Notes under the pieces: model-generated
What the model saw: only the letters and a program-made list of their open reading frames with translations
Databases searched by the model: none
Told to the model about the DNA's origin: nothing
NCBI GenBank assembly: GCA_965225945.1
Contig: CBDDBZ010000039.1
Span: 160,001-224,000 of the forward strand
DNA length: 64,000 nucleotides
Direction of reading: 5' to 3'
DNA from: Alphaproteobacteria bacterium
GTDB taxonomy: Bacteria; Pseudomonadota; Alphaproteobacteria; GCA-2731375
Program-made: the position numbers and the translations under genes
Part shown: positions 21,928 to 32,209 of the stretch, in pieces
How positions within the stretch are numbered: the stretch's first letter is position 1
Layout: each line of letters opens with the position of its first letter

Positions 21928-23158
21928 GACGGTCTAGTGGATTCTATCCACTAGGTTCCACGGTGATGTCCATCGCGACGAGCCCATCGAAATGCTTGCG
22001 TTGGAAATTCCACTCGGTCTGCGGCTGGACGCGGCCGTTTTCGTCGGTGGCGCGGGCCAGGACGGAATAGGCGCCCGGCTTGTCGGCTTTCCAGAGATAG
22101 GACCAGCGGACCCAAAGCCACTTGTCCGGCGCGTATTCGACATGGGCATCGTTCCAGGTCTCGCCGCCATCGAGGCTCACTTCCACGCGGACGACTTTGC
22201 CTTCGCCGCTCCAGGCCATGCCGCGAATCGAATGGGTTCCGACCTCGAGTGGCGAATCCTCGTCGCACGGATACATGATCAGCGTCTTCACGCCCAGCGC
22301 GGTCATCATTTTCTTATTCGGATCGTCCGGCGACGTGCCCGACACGAAGTAATGGGTCTGGTGATAGCAATCGGGCATGTGGTCCATGACCTCGATCTTG
22401 TGAATCCACTTCACCCACCAGTTGCCGGCCCAGCCGGGGACGATTATGCGGACCGGCGCGCCATGCACGTGTTGCAGATATTCACCGTTGTGCGACCAGG
22501 CGAGAATGGTGTCGGGATCCATCGCCTTTTCGATCGGCAGCCCCTTGTCGTAATTGATGATTCCTGGATCGACGACATCAAAATTAGTGCGGCCGACGGA
22601 GCGGTATTGCAGGATGGGATCGGGTCGGCCCTCGTCGAAACCCTCGATGCGGACGGCGACGGCGCTATCGTTGATGCCGGCGCGTCGCAAAACCTCGCCG
22701 AGCGGCACGCCGGTCCATTCGCCGGCGCTGACCAGGCAGGTTGCCGGCGTCGCTTCAACAATGGCGTCGATATCGATCTCATCGCTCGACGGTTCGCTAC
22801 GCCAGGTTCCGAATTCCTCTTGTTTCATGCGCATGGAGGGTTTCGGGTTGTTCGACCTGTCGAGCAAATGGTCGAAAAATTCCCCGTCGTTGCCGGCGCA
22901 TTCGGTAACCGCCCGCACGGTCCGGCCCGGAAGCCTGCGCAGTTCCTCCAGGCTAAATTCGAGGGGGTTCTCGACTTCTCCGAACAGCGAAAAAGTGTAG
23001 TCGTCGGGGTGAATCGGGTCCGGCATCTGCAACTGCGTGACGATGTAGGAAACATCGGTCGGTGTGATCAGCCCCTCGAGATCCAGCACCGGTGAGTCGG
23101 ACCCGATTTCCTTGGACACAGAATTGGCTTAATCGAAGTGTCCAAGGAGGACCGGAAC

Positions 23159-23569
23159 ATGACCGACAATTTTGAGAACAAAGTTGCTGTTGATGGGCCT
23201 GTGGTAAACGAGGGCGAGCTTGGCTCGTCCACGTTTTCCCCGGGCCAGGTTTCGCCGGCAGGCCCGCTGGGACTTGGCCAGCGGTGGACGGTGACGCGCA
23301 AGCGTGAGGTTGCCCTGCGGCTTTTGCGTGGCGAGCCGGTGGAACTTTTGTCGCGGCAGTTGGGCGTGGAGATTTTCCGGCTCGAGCAGTGGCGTGAGAA
23401 GGCGATCGCCGGGATCGATGCCTCGCTCAAGGAACGCAAGGGCGATCCGGTAAAGGCGGAACTGGACATCGCCATGAAGCGGATCGGGGAGTTGATCATG
23501 CAGGTGGAACTGCTGGAGGCCAAGACGGAGACGTCCGGCCCTTTGGGGCGGCGGAGGTCGCGGCGATGA
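23159..23569 (+). CDS. IS transposase OrfA (HTH)
   Basis: RWTVTRKREVALRLLRGEPVELLSRQLGV; AGGAGG RBS; ATGA overlap with orfB. Confidence 0.85.
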   Translation: MTDNFENKVAVDGPVVNEGELGSSTFSPGQVSPAGPLGLGQRWTVTRKREVALRLLRGEPVELLSRQLGVEIFRLEQWREKAIAGIDASLKERKGDPVKAELDIAMKRIGELIMQVELLEAKTETSGPLGRRRSRR

Positions 23570-24477
23570 GTGCCGCCACCTCTCCCGGCACGGGTTTGGC
23601 CTACGGCCTCCAGCGGGTCTGTGCGGCCTGGGGTTTTGCCCGTTCCTCGTTCTACGCCATGAAATCCCGGCAGCAGGCCACCGCTGAGCGCCCACCAGCA
23701 AAGCGCCGGGGACCGAAGCCCTCGATCTCGGACGAGGCTCTGCTGGTGGCCATCGAGGCCGACCTGGAGGCATCCCCCTGGGAGGGCGAGGGACACCGCA
23801 AGGTCTGGGCTCGGCTTCGGGTCTGTCGTGGCATCCGTGTTTCCCGCAAGCGGGTGCTCCGGGTGATGCGCGAGAACAACCTGCTCTCGCCCCATCGCTG
23901 CCGCCGCCGTGGCGGAAATCCCCATGTCGGTGAGATCATCACCCATGCCCCCAACCTCATGTGGGGCACGGACGGCGTTCGGGTGTTCACGGTGGACGAC
24001 GGCTGGGGCTGGATATTCACCGCCATCGAGCATTGGAACGCCGAGTGCGTCGGCTGGCATGTGTGCAAGCGAGGCGACCGCTTCGCCGCCCTTCAGCCGG
24101 TCTCCATGGGGCTTGCGAGGCTGTATGCCTCGACCTCCGCCGGTGCGGCGCGGGGGCTGGCCTTGCGGATGGATCACGGCTCCCAGTATCTGTCGGACCA
24201 CTTCACCAACCAGATCAAGTTCTGGGGCATCCAGCCGTCCTACGCCTTCGTCGAACAGCCCCAGACCAACGGCGTCGCCGAGAGGTTCAATCGCACGCTC
24301 AAGGAACAGATCATCCATGGCCGCATCTACCGCAACATCGCGGAGCTGCGGAACGCCGTCCGCGGGTTCGTCGAACAGTACAATGCCCAGTGGATCGTGG
24401 AGAAGAACGGCTACCTGAGCCCCGCTCAAGCTCGTCAGGCGTGGCACACCGCGATGTCACTCAGGCCCGCCGCATGA
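23566..24477 (+). CDS. IS transposase OrfB (rve DDE integrase core)
   Basis: GHRKVWARL, WGTD, MDHGSQY, NGVAERFNRTLKE. Confidence 0.92.
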   Translation: MSAATSPGTGLAYGLQRVCAAWGFARSSFYAMKSRQQATAERPPAKRRGPKPSISDEALLVAIEADLEASPWEGEGHRKVWARLRVCRGIRVSRKRVLRVMRENNLLSPHRCRRRGGNPHVGEIITHAPNLMWGTDGVRVFTVDDGWGWIFTAIEHWNAECVGWHVCKRGDRFAALQPVSMGLARLYASTSAGAARGLALRMDHGSQYLSDHFTNQIKFWGIQPSYAFVEQPQTNGVAERFNRTLKEQIIHGRIYRNIAELRNAVRGFVEQYNAQWIVEKNGYLSPAQARQAWHTAMSLRPAA

Positions 24478-24821
24478 GACAAACTTGTGTCCAAGGAACC
24501 GGGTGCGATACAAGATCCAGCACCGGCGAGCGCGCCATGATGACCCGGCCCTCGGGATCCCGGCTCGGCATCAGCTCGGCCCGCTTGCGATCCGGCCATC
24601 CGTGGACCCAATCGCCTTCCAATTCGTCGTCGGCCATGAGATTTCCCGCCCTTCGTCCAAATCCTCGGCACTTCGGGGTGGGCGCCGCCGTGGGCCGCGC
24701 CGTGTTCTCCCGTTGCCTTCGAGCGAAACTTAGCCAATGCGTCTGTCGAGAACAAACTGAATTGATCGGTTTAGGGACCACATGAATTGACCGCTTCTGT
24801 TGTGGTTGGGCGTGCGAATAC

Positions 24822-26237
24822 GGTGAAGTCCTAGACTTGCTGGGAATTTGGTAGGAGGTGCATCCTTCGAGGTGTCGATTCCCACCCGGGCATGGCTGCG
24901 CGCCAGCCCAGCACAGGAGGCACCTCCATGACGAAGAGACTACCCGGAAGCGAGCGCACGCGTGAAGCCTTGAACGACCTGATCGAAGGGCGCGCCCGCG
25001 TGGTCGACGCGAAGAGTGAATTGGTGCGGTTGGCGACGCGGTTGATCATCGAGGAAGGCTTGGAGGCCGAGGTGCGCGACGCCCTGGGCCGGGACTATTA
25101 CGAGCACGGTTCCGAGCCTGGCCGAGGTTACCGGAACGGTTCGCGCGAAGGTCATCTGAAGACGGCCGAGGGGCGGATCAGGTATGCGGCGCCGCAGGTC
25201 GCCGGGACGGACGAACCGTTCCGTTCGGATCTGCGAGCGCACCTGAAGGGTCATTCCGAGGGCCTGGAGGATTTAGCCGTGGAGATGCTGGCGCGCGGTC
25301 TCTCGGTGCGCGACATCGAAGATGCCTTCAGGGAAGAAAGTGGGCGCTTGCTGCTGTCGCGCACGGCGGTCTCGGAGATGGGGGAGCGGCTCTGGGCGGA
25401 CTACCTCGGCTTCGCCAAGCGCGACCTTAGCGAGTTCGAGATCGCCTACCTCTTCGTCGACGGCATCGCCGAGCGGCTGCGGGCCGGGCAGAGGCGAGAG
25501 CCGGTGCTGGCGGCCTGGGGCTTCACGCTCGAGGGCAAGAAGGTTCTCCTGCATCTGATGGCGGGCTCGAAGGAGGACAACGAGACCGTCTCCGCGTTCT
25601 TCCAGGACATGCGCAGCCGAGGCCTGGGCGATCCTCTCCTGATCGCCTCCGACGGCGCGCCTGGCATTATCAAGGCGATCGAGATTTGTTTTCCCAGGAG
25701 CGCGCGCCAACGCTGCCTCGCGCACCGGATGAGGAACTTGGCGGCGAAGGTGCCCGAGGATCTCTGGCCGGAGTTCAAGGCCCGCGCCCAAGCGGCCTAC
25801 CAGGCCCCCTCGCGCGCCATCGCCCGCGATCTGGCCGAGGGCGTGGTGCGTGACTGGGAGCGCGAGCTGCCCTCGGCGGTGGCCTGTTTCCTGGATGATT
25901 TCGAGGCCTGCATCGCGCACCTGCGCATGCCGGTCAATCACCGCCGGGCGATCCGCACCACCAACCTGCTGGAGAGATTGTTCGGGGAGGAGCGCCGGCG
26001 CTTGAAGATCATCCCCAACGCCTTCGGCGAAAAGGCGGTACTGAAGCTCATGTTCGGTGCCATGAGCCGCGCCGCCGAGCGATGGAAAGCAGTCAAGGTC
26101 ACCGTCTTCGAGCGGCGCCAGATGGACGCCGTCAGGAAGGAACTCGATCAGGAATACCAAGCCCAGCTGGAACTACCAGAACAGGCCTCGACGGAGGCAA
26201 CCCCGGAGAAAATTCCCAGCAGAATCCGGACTTGACC
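24822..26237 (+). mobile_element. IS256-family element with 9-bp target duplication TGCGAATAC (24813-24821 and 26238-26246)
   Basis: IRs GGTGAAGTCC...TGCTGGGAATTT and AAATTCCCAGCA...GGACTTGACC. Confidence 0.92.
24928..26235 (+). CDS. IS256-family (Mutator) transposase
   Basis: GYRNG, YLFVDG, ASDGAPG, QRCLAHRMRN, IRTTNLLERL. Confidence 0.95.
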   Translation: MTKRLPGSERTREALNDLIEGRARVVDAKSELVRLATRLIIEEGLEAEVRDALGRDYYEHGSEPGRGYRNGSREGHLKTAEGRIRYAAPQVAGTDEPFRSDLRAHLKGHSEGLEDLAVEMLARGLSVRDIEDAFREESGRLLLSRTAVSEMGERLWADYLGFAKRDLSEFEIAYLFVDGIAERLRAGQRREPVLAAWGFTLEGKKVLLHLMAGSKEDNETVSAFFQDMRSRGLGDPLLIASDGAPGIIKAIEICFPRSARQRCLAHRMRNLAAKVPEDLWPEFKARAQAAYQAPSRAIARDLAEGVVRDWERELPSAVACFLDDFEACIAHLRMPVNHRRAIRTTNLLERLFGEERRRLKIIPNAFGEKAVLKLMFGAMSRAAERWKAVKVTVFERRQMDAVRKELDQEYQAQLELPEQASTEATPEKIPSRIRT

Positions 26238-26374
26238 TGCGAATACGGGTATTCCATTCCTCGATCTCGCGAGCGAGCGCAACGGAAGCGGGGACCACCG
26301 TCTCCGTTTTCCCCGCCAGGTCGATGAAGACCCGGGCCCGCCGTCGCGGCTCGGTGCCCTTGCCGCGGCCCGTC

Positions 26375-26563
26375 TCACGCGGAGCCAGTGTGCTCGCGTT
26401 CCTCGCCGAAGATGTCCTGCACGAACGGCATCGACTTCCAGGCGGGATCCGGCGGCCCGTGGCGCTGGCGCGGTGAAGGGACGGAGCCCTCCTCGAAGGC
26501 CATCTTCGCGATATTGCGTGGGCAGTTGGTGAAGCTGTGATCGGCGCCGGCGCGGATCAGACG
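26375..26563 (-). pseudogene. C-terminal remnant of a pyridoxamine-phosphate-oxidase-related protein
   Basis: Manual translation FTNCPRNIAKMAFEE...PPDPAWKSMPFVQD resembles the NCPRY/PAWK tail of that family; no 5' part present. Confidence 0.5.
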
Positions 26564-26632
26564 CCTCCCGCCCGCTATGCCGGCGGTCGCAGGCGGCCAT
26601 CCATCAAATCGGCCGGAGCCCGAGTTCCCGAG

Positions 26633-27979
26633 CTAGTCGAAGCCTCGGAACAGGATCGTCGGCAGCCACAGCGAAATCCAGGGAAAGACCAGGAGAGCCG
26701 CGAGCACCACCATGTGCAGGGAGATGAAGGGAACGACGCCCTTATACATGTGTATCAGGGTGATTTCGGGTGGGCTGATGCCGCGCAGATAAAAGATCGC
26801 CGGCGCCATCGGCGGGGTCAGATAGCTGGTCTGGATCATGATCAGAAAACAGATGCAGAACCACACCTTCACCTGGCCGGGATCGAGCCCGGGGAAGGCG
26901 AACCCCGTGATGATCGGTACGGCGATCGGCACGACGATCAGGATCAGCGAGATCAGGTCGAGCACGAAACCCGCGACGAAGGCGATCGCCAACAAGATCC
27001 CCATTGTCCCCCAGCCGGACAGGTTGGCCGCCTCCATCAATTGCTGCGTTCCGATCAGGCCGCCGGCCGCGGTGAAGACGCCCGCGAACATCGTGCCACC
27101 CAGCAGAATCAACAGGATCATGGCGGTGATGATCACGGTCTTGAACAGCGCCTCGCGCAGCACGGCAAAGGTGAGCGTGCGGTAGGCCAAGGTCATGACG
27201 AGCGAGCCGATCGCGCCGCTCGCGGCCGCCTCCGTGGGCGTCGCAAGGCCCGCCAGGATCGTGCCCAGCACGAGAGCGATCAGGCCCATCGGTGGAACCA
27301 GGGCAGTGGCGGTGATCCAAAGCTTCCGCAAGAACGACGGTTCGTCGTCCCGGGGCGGCAGTCGCGGGCCGTCCGCGGGCCGCAGCGTGCAACGCACGAG
27401 GATGTAAACGACGTAGCAACCGGCCAACATCAGCCCGGGAATAATCATGCCGGCGAACAGGTCGCCGATCGAGACATCGGCGACGGGCCCCAGGATGACG
27501 ACGACCACCGACGGCGGAATGATGGTGCCGAGCGATCCACCGGCGCAGATCGTGCCGGAGATCAGCGACTTGTTGTAGGCGTAACGCAGCATCACCGGGA
27601 TCGCCAGCAGGCCGACCACGGTTTCCGTGGCGCCGACGATGCCGGTCGCCGCGGCGAACACTACGCACAGCAGCACCGTGCCCACCGCGAGGCCGCCCGG
27701 CAAGCGGCGGGTCCACATGTGGATCGCCTCGAACAGGCGCTCGGCGACCCCGGAGCGCTCCAGCAGCGAGCCCATGAAGATGAACAACGGTACCGCGCCC
27801 AGCACGTAGTTGGAGGCGACGTCGTCGACCTTGGCCACGAACAGGGAGACCGCCGCGTCGCCGAACCGGATGTAACCGAACACCAGGGCGATGCCCATGA
27901 GCGAGAAGGCGACGGGAAACCCGAGGAAGATCAGCGTCAGCAAACACGGGAACATCAAGAGGGCGAATTCGACGCTCAT
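26633..27979 (-). CDS. TRAP transporter DctM
   Basis: AVPLFIFMG, GSLGTIIPPS, QTSYLTPP. Confidence 0.93.
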   Translation of the reverse strand: MSVEFALLMFPCLLTLIFLGFPVAFSLMGIALVFGYIRFGDAAVSLFVAKVDDVASNYVLGAVPLFIFMGSLLERSGVAERLFEAIHMWTRRLPGGLAVGTVLLCVVFAAATGIVGATETVVGLLAIPVMLRYAYNKSLISGTICAGGSLGTIIPPSVVVVILGPVADVSIGDLFAGMIIPGLMLAGCYVVYILVRCTLRPADGPRLPPRDDEPSFLRKLWITATALVPPMGLIALVLGTILAGLATPTEAAASGAIGSLVMTLAYRTLTFAVLREALFKTVIITAMILLILLGGTMFAGVFTAAGGLIGTQQLMEAANLSGWGTMGILLAIAFVAGFVLDLISLILIVVPIAVPIITGFAFPGLDPGQVKVWFCICFLIMIQTSYLTPPMAPAIFYLRGISPPEITLIHMYKGVVPFISLHMVVLAALLVFPWISLWLPTILFRGFD

Positions 27980-28668
27980 TCGAAGCCTCCCGCCGCGGAC
28001 GGCTCGGGCACGTCACGACCCATCAACACGAGAACGCATTTGCAGATCTCAACCACCGTCTGGATGGTGAGCAGATAGAACCCGAACGTGAAGGTAAACC
28101 GGAACGGCCAGATGATCGGATTCCAGGCCGATTCGCCGGAATTCTCATTCACCTTGTAAGCGTCCAGGAAATATACCCATAGGCCCCATGAACACCAGAC
28201 CAGCATGGGCAGCAGGAAGACGACATAACCCAGGAAGTCGATCAAGGCGCGTTTCTTCAGTGAAACGTGGTCGTACAGGAAGTCCACGCGGATATGGCGC
28301 CGCATTTGCATACAGTACGCGATGGCCAGCATCAGGCTGGTCCCCATCAGCATGTAGGAAACCTCGAACGCCCACGACGTCGGGGCTCTGAAGGCGTAGC
28401 GCGAAACCACTTCGTAGACCATCAGCACCGCCAGCACCGGGACAATGCAGGCGGCAAGCCAACCAAAGCACTTCGTGATCGTCTCGATCGGCCGGATGAA
28501 GACCCAAATATCGCGCCGGATCACGGCCATCACGGCCCCCCCCGCGATGATCGCCACGGTCAGGTAGAATATCCCGACCAACAGCGCCAGGAGCGCGCCG
28601 TAGCCTGCCGGCTTGCCCGAGATGATCAGCGCGTGTGCCTCGGACAGGCTGGTCAGCACTGTTTCCAT
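27976..28668 (-). CDS. TRAP transporter DctQ
   Basis: YEVVSRYAF..PTSWAFE, HIRVDFLY. Confidence 0.9.
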   Translation of the reverse strand: METVLTSLSEAHALIISGKPAGYGALLALLVGIFYLTVAIIAGGAVMAVIRRDIWVFIRPIETITKCFGWLAACIVPVLAVLMVYEVVSRYAFRAPTSWAFEVSYMLMGTSLMLAIAYCMQMRRHIRVDFLYDHVSLKKRALIDFLGYVVFLLPMLVWCSWGLWVYFLDAYKVNENSGESAWNPIIWPFRFTFTFGFYLLTIQTVVEICKCVLVLMGRDVPEPSAAGGFE

Positions 28669-28711
28669 CGCCAGCGACCAAAAATCAGTGAGTGATCAAG
28701 GACATATAGGA

Positions 28712-28740
28712 GGGGGGGGCGCATTGCGGCGCCCCCCCGC
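28712..28740 (-). terminator. GC-rich hairpin between dctP and dctQ (terminator or mRNA stabiliser)
   Basis: GGGGGGGGCGC-ATTGCG-GCGCCCCCCC inverted repeat. Confidence 0.5.
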
Positions 28741-28763
28741 TCGAGATTGACTTCGTTTCCGGA

Positions 28764-29837
28764 TTATTCGTGGATCTTGCCGATCGCCGCGCGGGTGCCC
28801 GGTCCGGAACGCATTTTCGAGTAGACCTGCATGTCCATCTGGAACTTGCGCTGATGGTTCAGCATCTTCTTGAACCAGGCGTTGCCCTCGACCTGTTTGT
28901 CGGCCCAGTCGTTGGCCGCCTGCTGGGCGATTTTGATGAAACTGGGCTCGAGCCGCAGCATCGTATTGCCCAACTTTTCGAACCGCCGGTAAGCACCGAG
29001 GTCCTTGTAGGCATGGTCCCGCCAGTGATCGAAGGTGCTGAGACGCGCGGCCAGCCGGATCATCCCCTGGTCGCGCTCGGAGATCTTGTCCCAGGCTTTC
29101 TTGTTGAACTCGCACTCCTGCACGGCGGAGGGCTGATGGACGCCGGGGAAGATGATGTACTTGGCGATCTTGTGGAAGCCGACCGGCTCGTTGGCCGAAG
29201 GCGAGCTCCACTCAGTGGCGTCGATGACGCCGCGCTCGAGCGCCGCGTACACTTCCGCGCCCGGCAGGATCACCGTGGAGGCCCCGAGGCTGCCGCCGAT
29301 CTCGGCCCAGGCACCGGCGGTGCGCTGCTTGAGACCCTTGTACTCGGCCAGATTGGTGACCTTGCGCTTGGAATGCAGGAAGATCTCCGAGGGGAAGATG
29401 CCGCAAGGTATCGACACCACGCCGAATTTTTCCATGCGGTATTGTTCCCACAGCTTCGCGGCGCCGGCCTCATAGAGCCAGAGGAATTGTTCCTCCTCGG
29501 TCAGGCCACCGGCATAGCCGGCGAAGATTACGGTCGTCCTGTCGATGCCCCAGTCGTAGCCCATCCAGTTGTGACCGGCCTCGGCGACACCGGACTTGAC
29601 GGTTTCGGTCACTTTCAGCGCCTTGCCGAGCGTGCCGGCCGGGAACACCGTGATATTGACCCGGCCGTTGGTCATGAACTTGACCATCTCGGCGAATTCC
29701 TTGGCGTCTTCCAGGAACACGCCACCGCCCCAAGGGGCGGCCATGCTCCACTCCACCGCCTTTGCGGCACCGCCCGATGCCATGAGGCCGGCCCCGAGAA
29801 CGGCACCGACCACCTGCTTCATGAGTTTCGACTTCAT
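28764..29837 (-). CDS. TRAP substrate-binding protein DctP
   Basis: Signal peptide, KGLKQRTAG, LERGVIDATEW, FPGVHQP; ATG 29837 after GGGAGG. Confidence 0.92.
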   Translation of the reverse strand: MKSKLMKQVVGAVLGAGLMASGGAAKAVEWSMAAPWGGGVFLEDAKEFAEMVKFMTNGRVNITVFPAGTLGKALKVTETVKSGVAEAGHNWMGYDWGIDRTTVIFAGYAGGLTEEEQFLWLYEAGAAKLWEQYRMEKFGVVSIPCGIFPSEIFLHSKRKVTNLAEYKGLKQRTAGAWAEIGGSLGASTVILPGAEVYAALERGVIDATEWSSPSANEPVGFHKIAKYIIFPGVHQPSAVQECEFNKKAWDKISERDQGMIRLAARLSTFDHWRDHAYKDLGAYRRFEKLGNTMLRLEPSFIKIAQQAANDWADKQVEGNAWFKKMLNHQRKFQMDMQVYSKMRSGPGTRAAIGKIHE

Positions 29838-30160
29838 TCGCCTTACCTCCCCGTGGATCAGAGACACTCCAGATTATGAACCGATTTATCCCAAGTCACT
29901 CGGTTTCCATGGTGATGTTACCCATATTGCGCCGTCATTGGAAAGGTTTTCTGCCTCGGCCTTCCGGCGAAAAGCGTGGCTCGGCCGAGCAGGACCTCGC
30001 CGTCGCCGAGCGGCGCACTCGGTGCCTCCACACAGTCGATTTGCCCATCGGTCAGACCCGTCGCGCAGGTGCCGCAGACGCCGGAGCGGCAGGCGAAGGG
30101 CGCCGCCCGCCCGCATCGCCGAATTGGCCGGGCCTTACCCGGCTCGAAGCGCGCGGCGGA

Positions 30161-30778
30161 TCAGTCCTCGGCGTCGCTCGGTTTGGCCCGCGACCAGGGA
30201 TCGTCGCTCAGCATCGAGAACAGCAGATGGTCGCGCCAGGCGCCGTCGATCCGGAGATATTGCCGGGCCAGCCCCTCCTCGACGAAGCCGACCTGGCGCA
30301 GCACCGCCTTGGAGCGGTCGTTGTGCGCCAGGCAGGCCGCCTCCAGGCGATGCAGACCCAATTCGCCGAAGACGAAAGGCAGCAGCGCGCGAACCGCGTC
30401 GGTCATGTAACCCTGGCCGGCGTGAGGCTTGCCTATCCAGTAGCCGAGCGAGCAGGACTGGGTGACGCCGCGCCGCACGTTGGAGAGCGTGAGACCGCCC
30501 AGGAGCGAATCGTCCTTGCGGCGAAAGACGAAGAAGGCATAGCCCAGCCCTTCCCGCGCGTCGCGGGCGTAGCGCCGCAGCCTGCGGCGATAGGCGTTCC
30601 GGGTCAGCTCGTCGGGCGACCAGGTCGGCTCCCAGGGCGTCAGGAACTCGCGGCTCTCGGCCCTGAGCCGCGCCCACTCGGTCCAATCGATCGGCTGCGG
30701 CGCGCGCAGGTGGACCTTCACGCCTTGCAGGACGTGGGCACCGCCGCCCCAGGGGGGATTGCGCAAAAACGTCGACAC
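30161..30778 (-). CDS. rimJ: RimJ/RimL-family GNAT N-acetyltransferase
   Basis: SREFLTPWEP, LSNVRRGVTQSCSLGYW, LHRLEAAC, YLRIDGAWRDH. Confidence 0.88.
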   Translation of the reverse strand: MSTFLRNPPWGGGAHVLQGVKVHLRAPQPIDWTEWARLRAESREFLTPWEPTWSPDELTRNAYRRRLRRYARDAREGLGYAFFVFRRKDDSLLGGLTLSNVRRGVTQSCSLGYWIGKPHAGQGYMTDAVRALLPFVFGELGLHRLEAACLAHNDRSKAVLRQVGFVEEGLARQYLRIDGAWRDHLLFSMLSDDPWSRAKPSDAED

Positions 30779-30937
30779 GTTCCGCCGGCCTCGCCTAAGT
30801 GTCCGACCGAGAAGTCGCCGTCGGCGACTTATACCTACATCACCGGCCCTCTCCCCGGGCCAACCCAGCCATGCAGATCCCCGCAGGTGTGGTTGGGCCG
30901 GGGAGAGGGCCGGCTTCGGGGGCTTTCGAGTCAGCCT

Positions 30938-32209
30938 CTAAGCCGCCAACGGCGACAAGCTTGCCCTGATCTCGTCGTAGCTGGCAAGCCCGTCGATCGG
31001 GCCGAGGGCGGCGATCGCCGGCGCTCCGCCCTCGACCAGCCGGCGGGCGACGCGGCGCACCGCCTCGGCGTCGACCGCGTCGACCTCGCCCACCAGTTCC
31101 TCGAGGGGGATCGGCCGGCCGTGGATCAGCATCTGCCGCGCCAGTTGCTCGGCCCTGGCGCCCGAGCCCTCGAGCGACATCAAGATCCCGGCCTTGAGCT
31201 GGGCCCGCGCCCGGGCCACCTCCTCCTCGTCTGCATCCCGGCCCAGCTTCGCGAGCTCGCCGCAGATCACCGGCACCAGCTCAGCCACCTCCTCGGCCCC
31301 GGTGCCGGCATAGACGCCGAAGATCCCGTCGTCGACGAAGGAGCTGGCGAAGGCGAAGATGGAATAGCAGAGGCCGCGAAGCTCTCGCACTTCCTGAAAC
31401 AGACGCGAGGACATGCCGCCGCCCAGCACCGTGGCGGTCACCTGGTAGGCGTAGAAGTCCTCGTCGGCGTAGGTCAGGCCCGGCAGCGCCAGCGTGAAGT
31501 GGACCTGTTCCAGATCCCGCCTCTCGCGGAATTCGCCCCCGGCGAAGCGGGCCGGCGGTAGCCCAGTCTCGTCGGCGCGCCCGAGATCGCAAAGGTGGCG
31601 CTCGGCAAGCCGGACGATCTCCTCGTGGCGCACCGCACCGGCCGCGACCAGGACCATCCGGGGCGCGCGATAGTGCCGGGCCATGAAGGCTTGCAGGTTC
31701 TCGCGCGGCATCGCCTGGATCCCCTCGGCGGTGCCGAGGATCGGGCGGCCGATCGCCTGGCCGGGAAAGGCCACCTCTTGGAGGTGGTCGAAGACGATGT
31801 CGTCGGGGGTATCGAAGGCCTGGCCGATCTCCTGGATCACCACCTGGCGCTCGCGTTCGAACTCCTTCGGATCGAACACCGAATTTTGCAGGATGTCGGC
31901 CAGGATGTCGACGGCGAGCGCCACGTCCGCCTTCAGCACCCGGGCGTAATAGGCGGTATGCTCGCGCCCGGTATAGGCGTTGAGGTGGCCGCCCACGGCC
32001 TCGATCTCTTCGGCGATGTCGCGCGCGCTGCGTCGCTCCGTGCCCTTGAAGGCCATGTGCTCGAGCAGGTGGGCGATGCCGTGCATCTCCTCGCTCTCGT
32101 GCCGCGCGCCGGCATCGATCCACAGGCCGACGGCGGCGCTCTCCAGGTGGGCCATGGCGTCGGTGACGACCCGGAGGCCGTTCTCGAGTGTGGTGATCTC
32201 TACGCTCAT
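30938..32209 (-). CDS. M16 family Zn peptidase
   Basis: GIAHLLEHMAFKGT (HxxEH), LGGGMSSRLFQEVRE. Confidence 0.95.
   Translation of the reverse strand: MSVEITTLENGLRVVTDAMAHLESAAVGLWIDAGARHESEEMHGIAHLLEHMAFKGTERRSARDIAEEIEAVGGHLNAYTGREHTAYYARVLKADVALAVDILADILQNSVFDPKEFERERQVVIQEIGQAFDTPDDIVFDHLQEVAFPGQAIGRPILGTAEGIQAMPRENLQAFMARHYRAPRMVLVAAGAVRHEEIVRLAERHLCDLGRADETGLPPARFAGGEFRERRDLEQVHFTLALPGLTYADEDFYAYQVTATVLGGGMSSRLFQEVRELRGLCYSIFAFASSFVDDGIFGVYAGTGAEEVAELVPVICGELAKLGRDADEEEVARARAQLKAGILMSLEGSGARAEQLARQMLIHGRPIPLEELVGEVDAVDAEAVRRVARRLVEGGAPAIAALGPIDGLASYDEIRASLSPLAA

Larger units (their letters stand above)
23093..24512 (+). mobile_element. IS3/IS481-like insertion sequence, 1420 bp, flanked by a 14-bp direct repeat AGATCCAGCACCGG (23079-23092 and 24513-24526)
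   Basis: Imperfect IRs TGAGTCGGACCCGATTTCCTTGGACACA and TGTGTCCAAGGAACCGGGTGCGATACA; two ORFs. Confidence 0.9.
21944..24637 (-). pseudogene. Sulfite-oxidase-family molybdopterin oxidoreductase interrupted by an IS (5' part 24513-24637, 3' part 21944-23092)
   Basis: ECAGN Mo-ligand Cys, WTGVPL, HGAPVRIIVPGWAG..WVKW, RVEVSLDGG, ARATD. Removing the IS and one target copy gives MADDELEGDW...MARSPVLDLEGLITP in frame. Confidence 0.88.
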
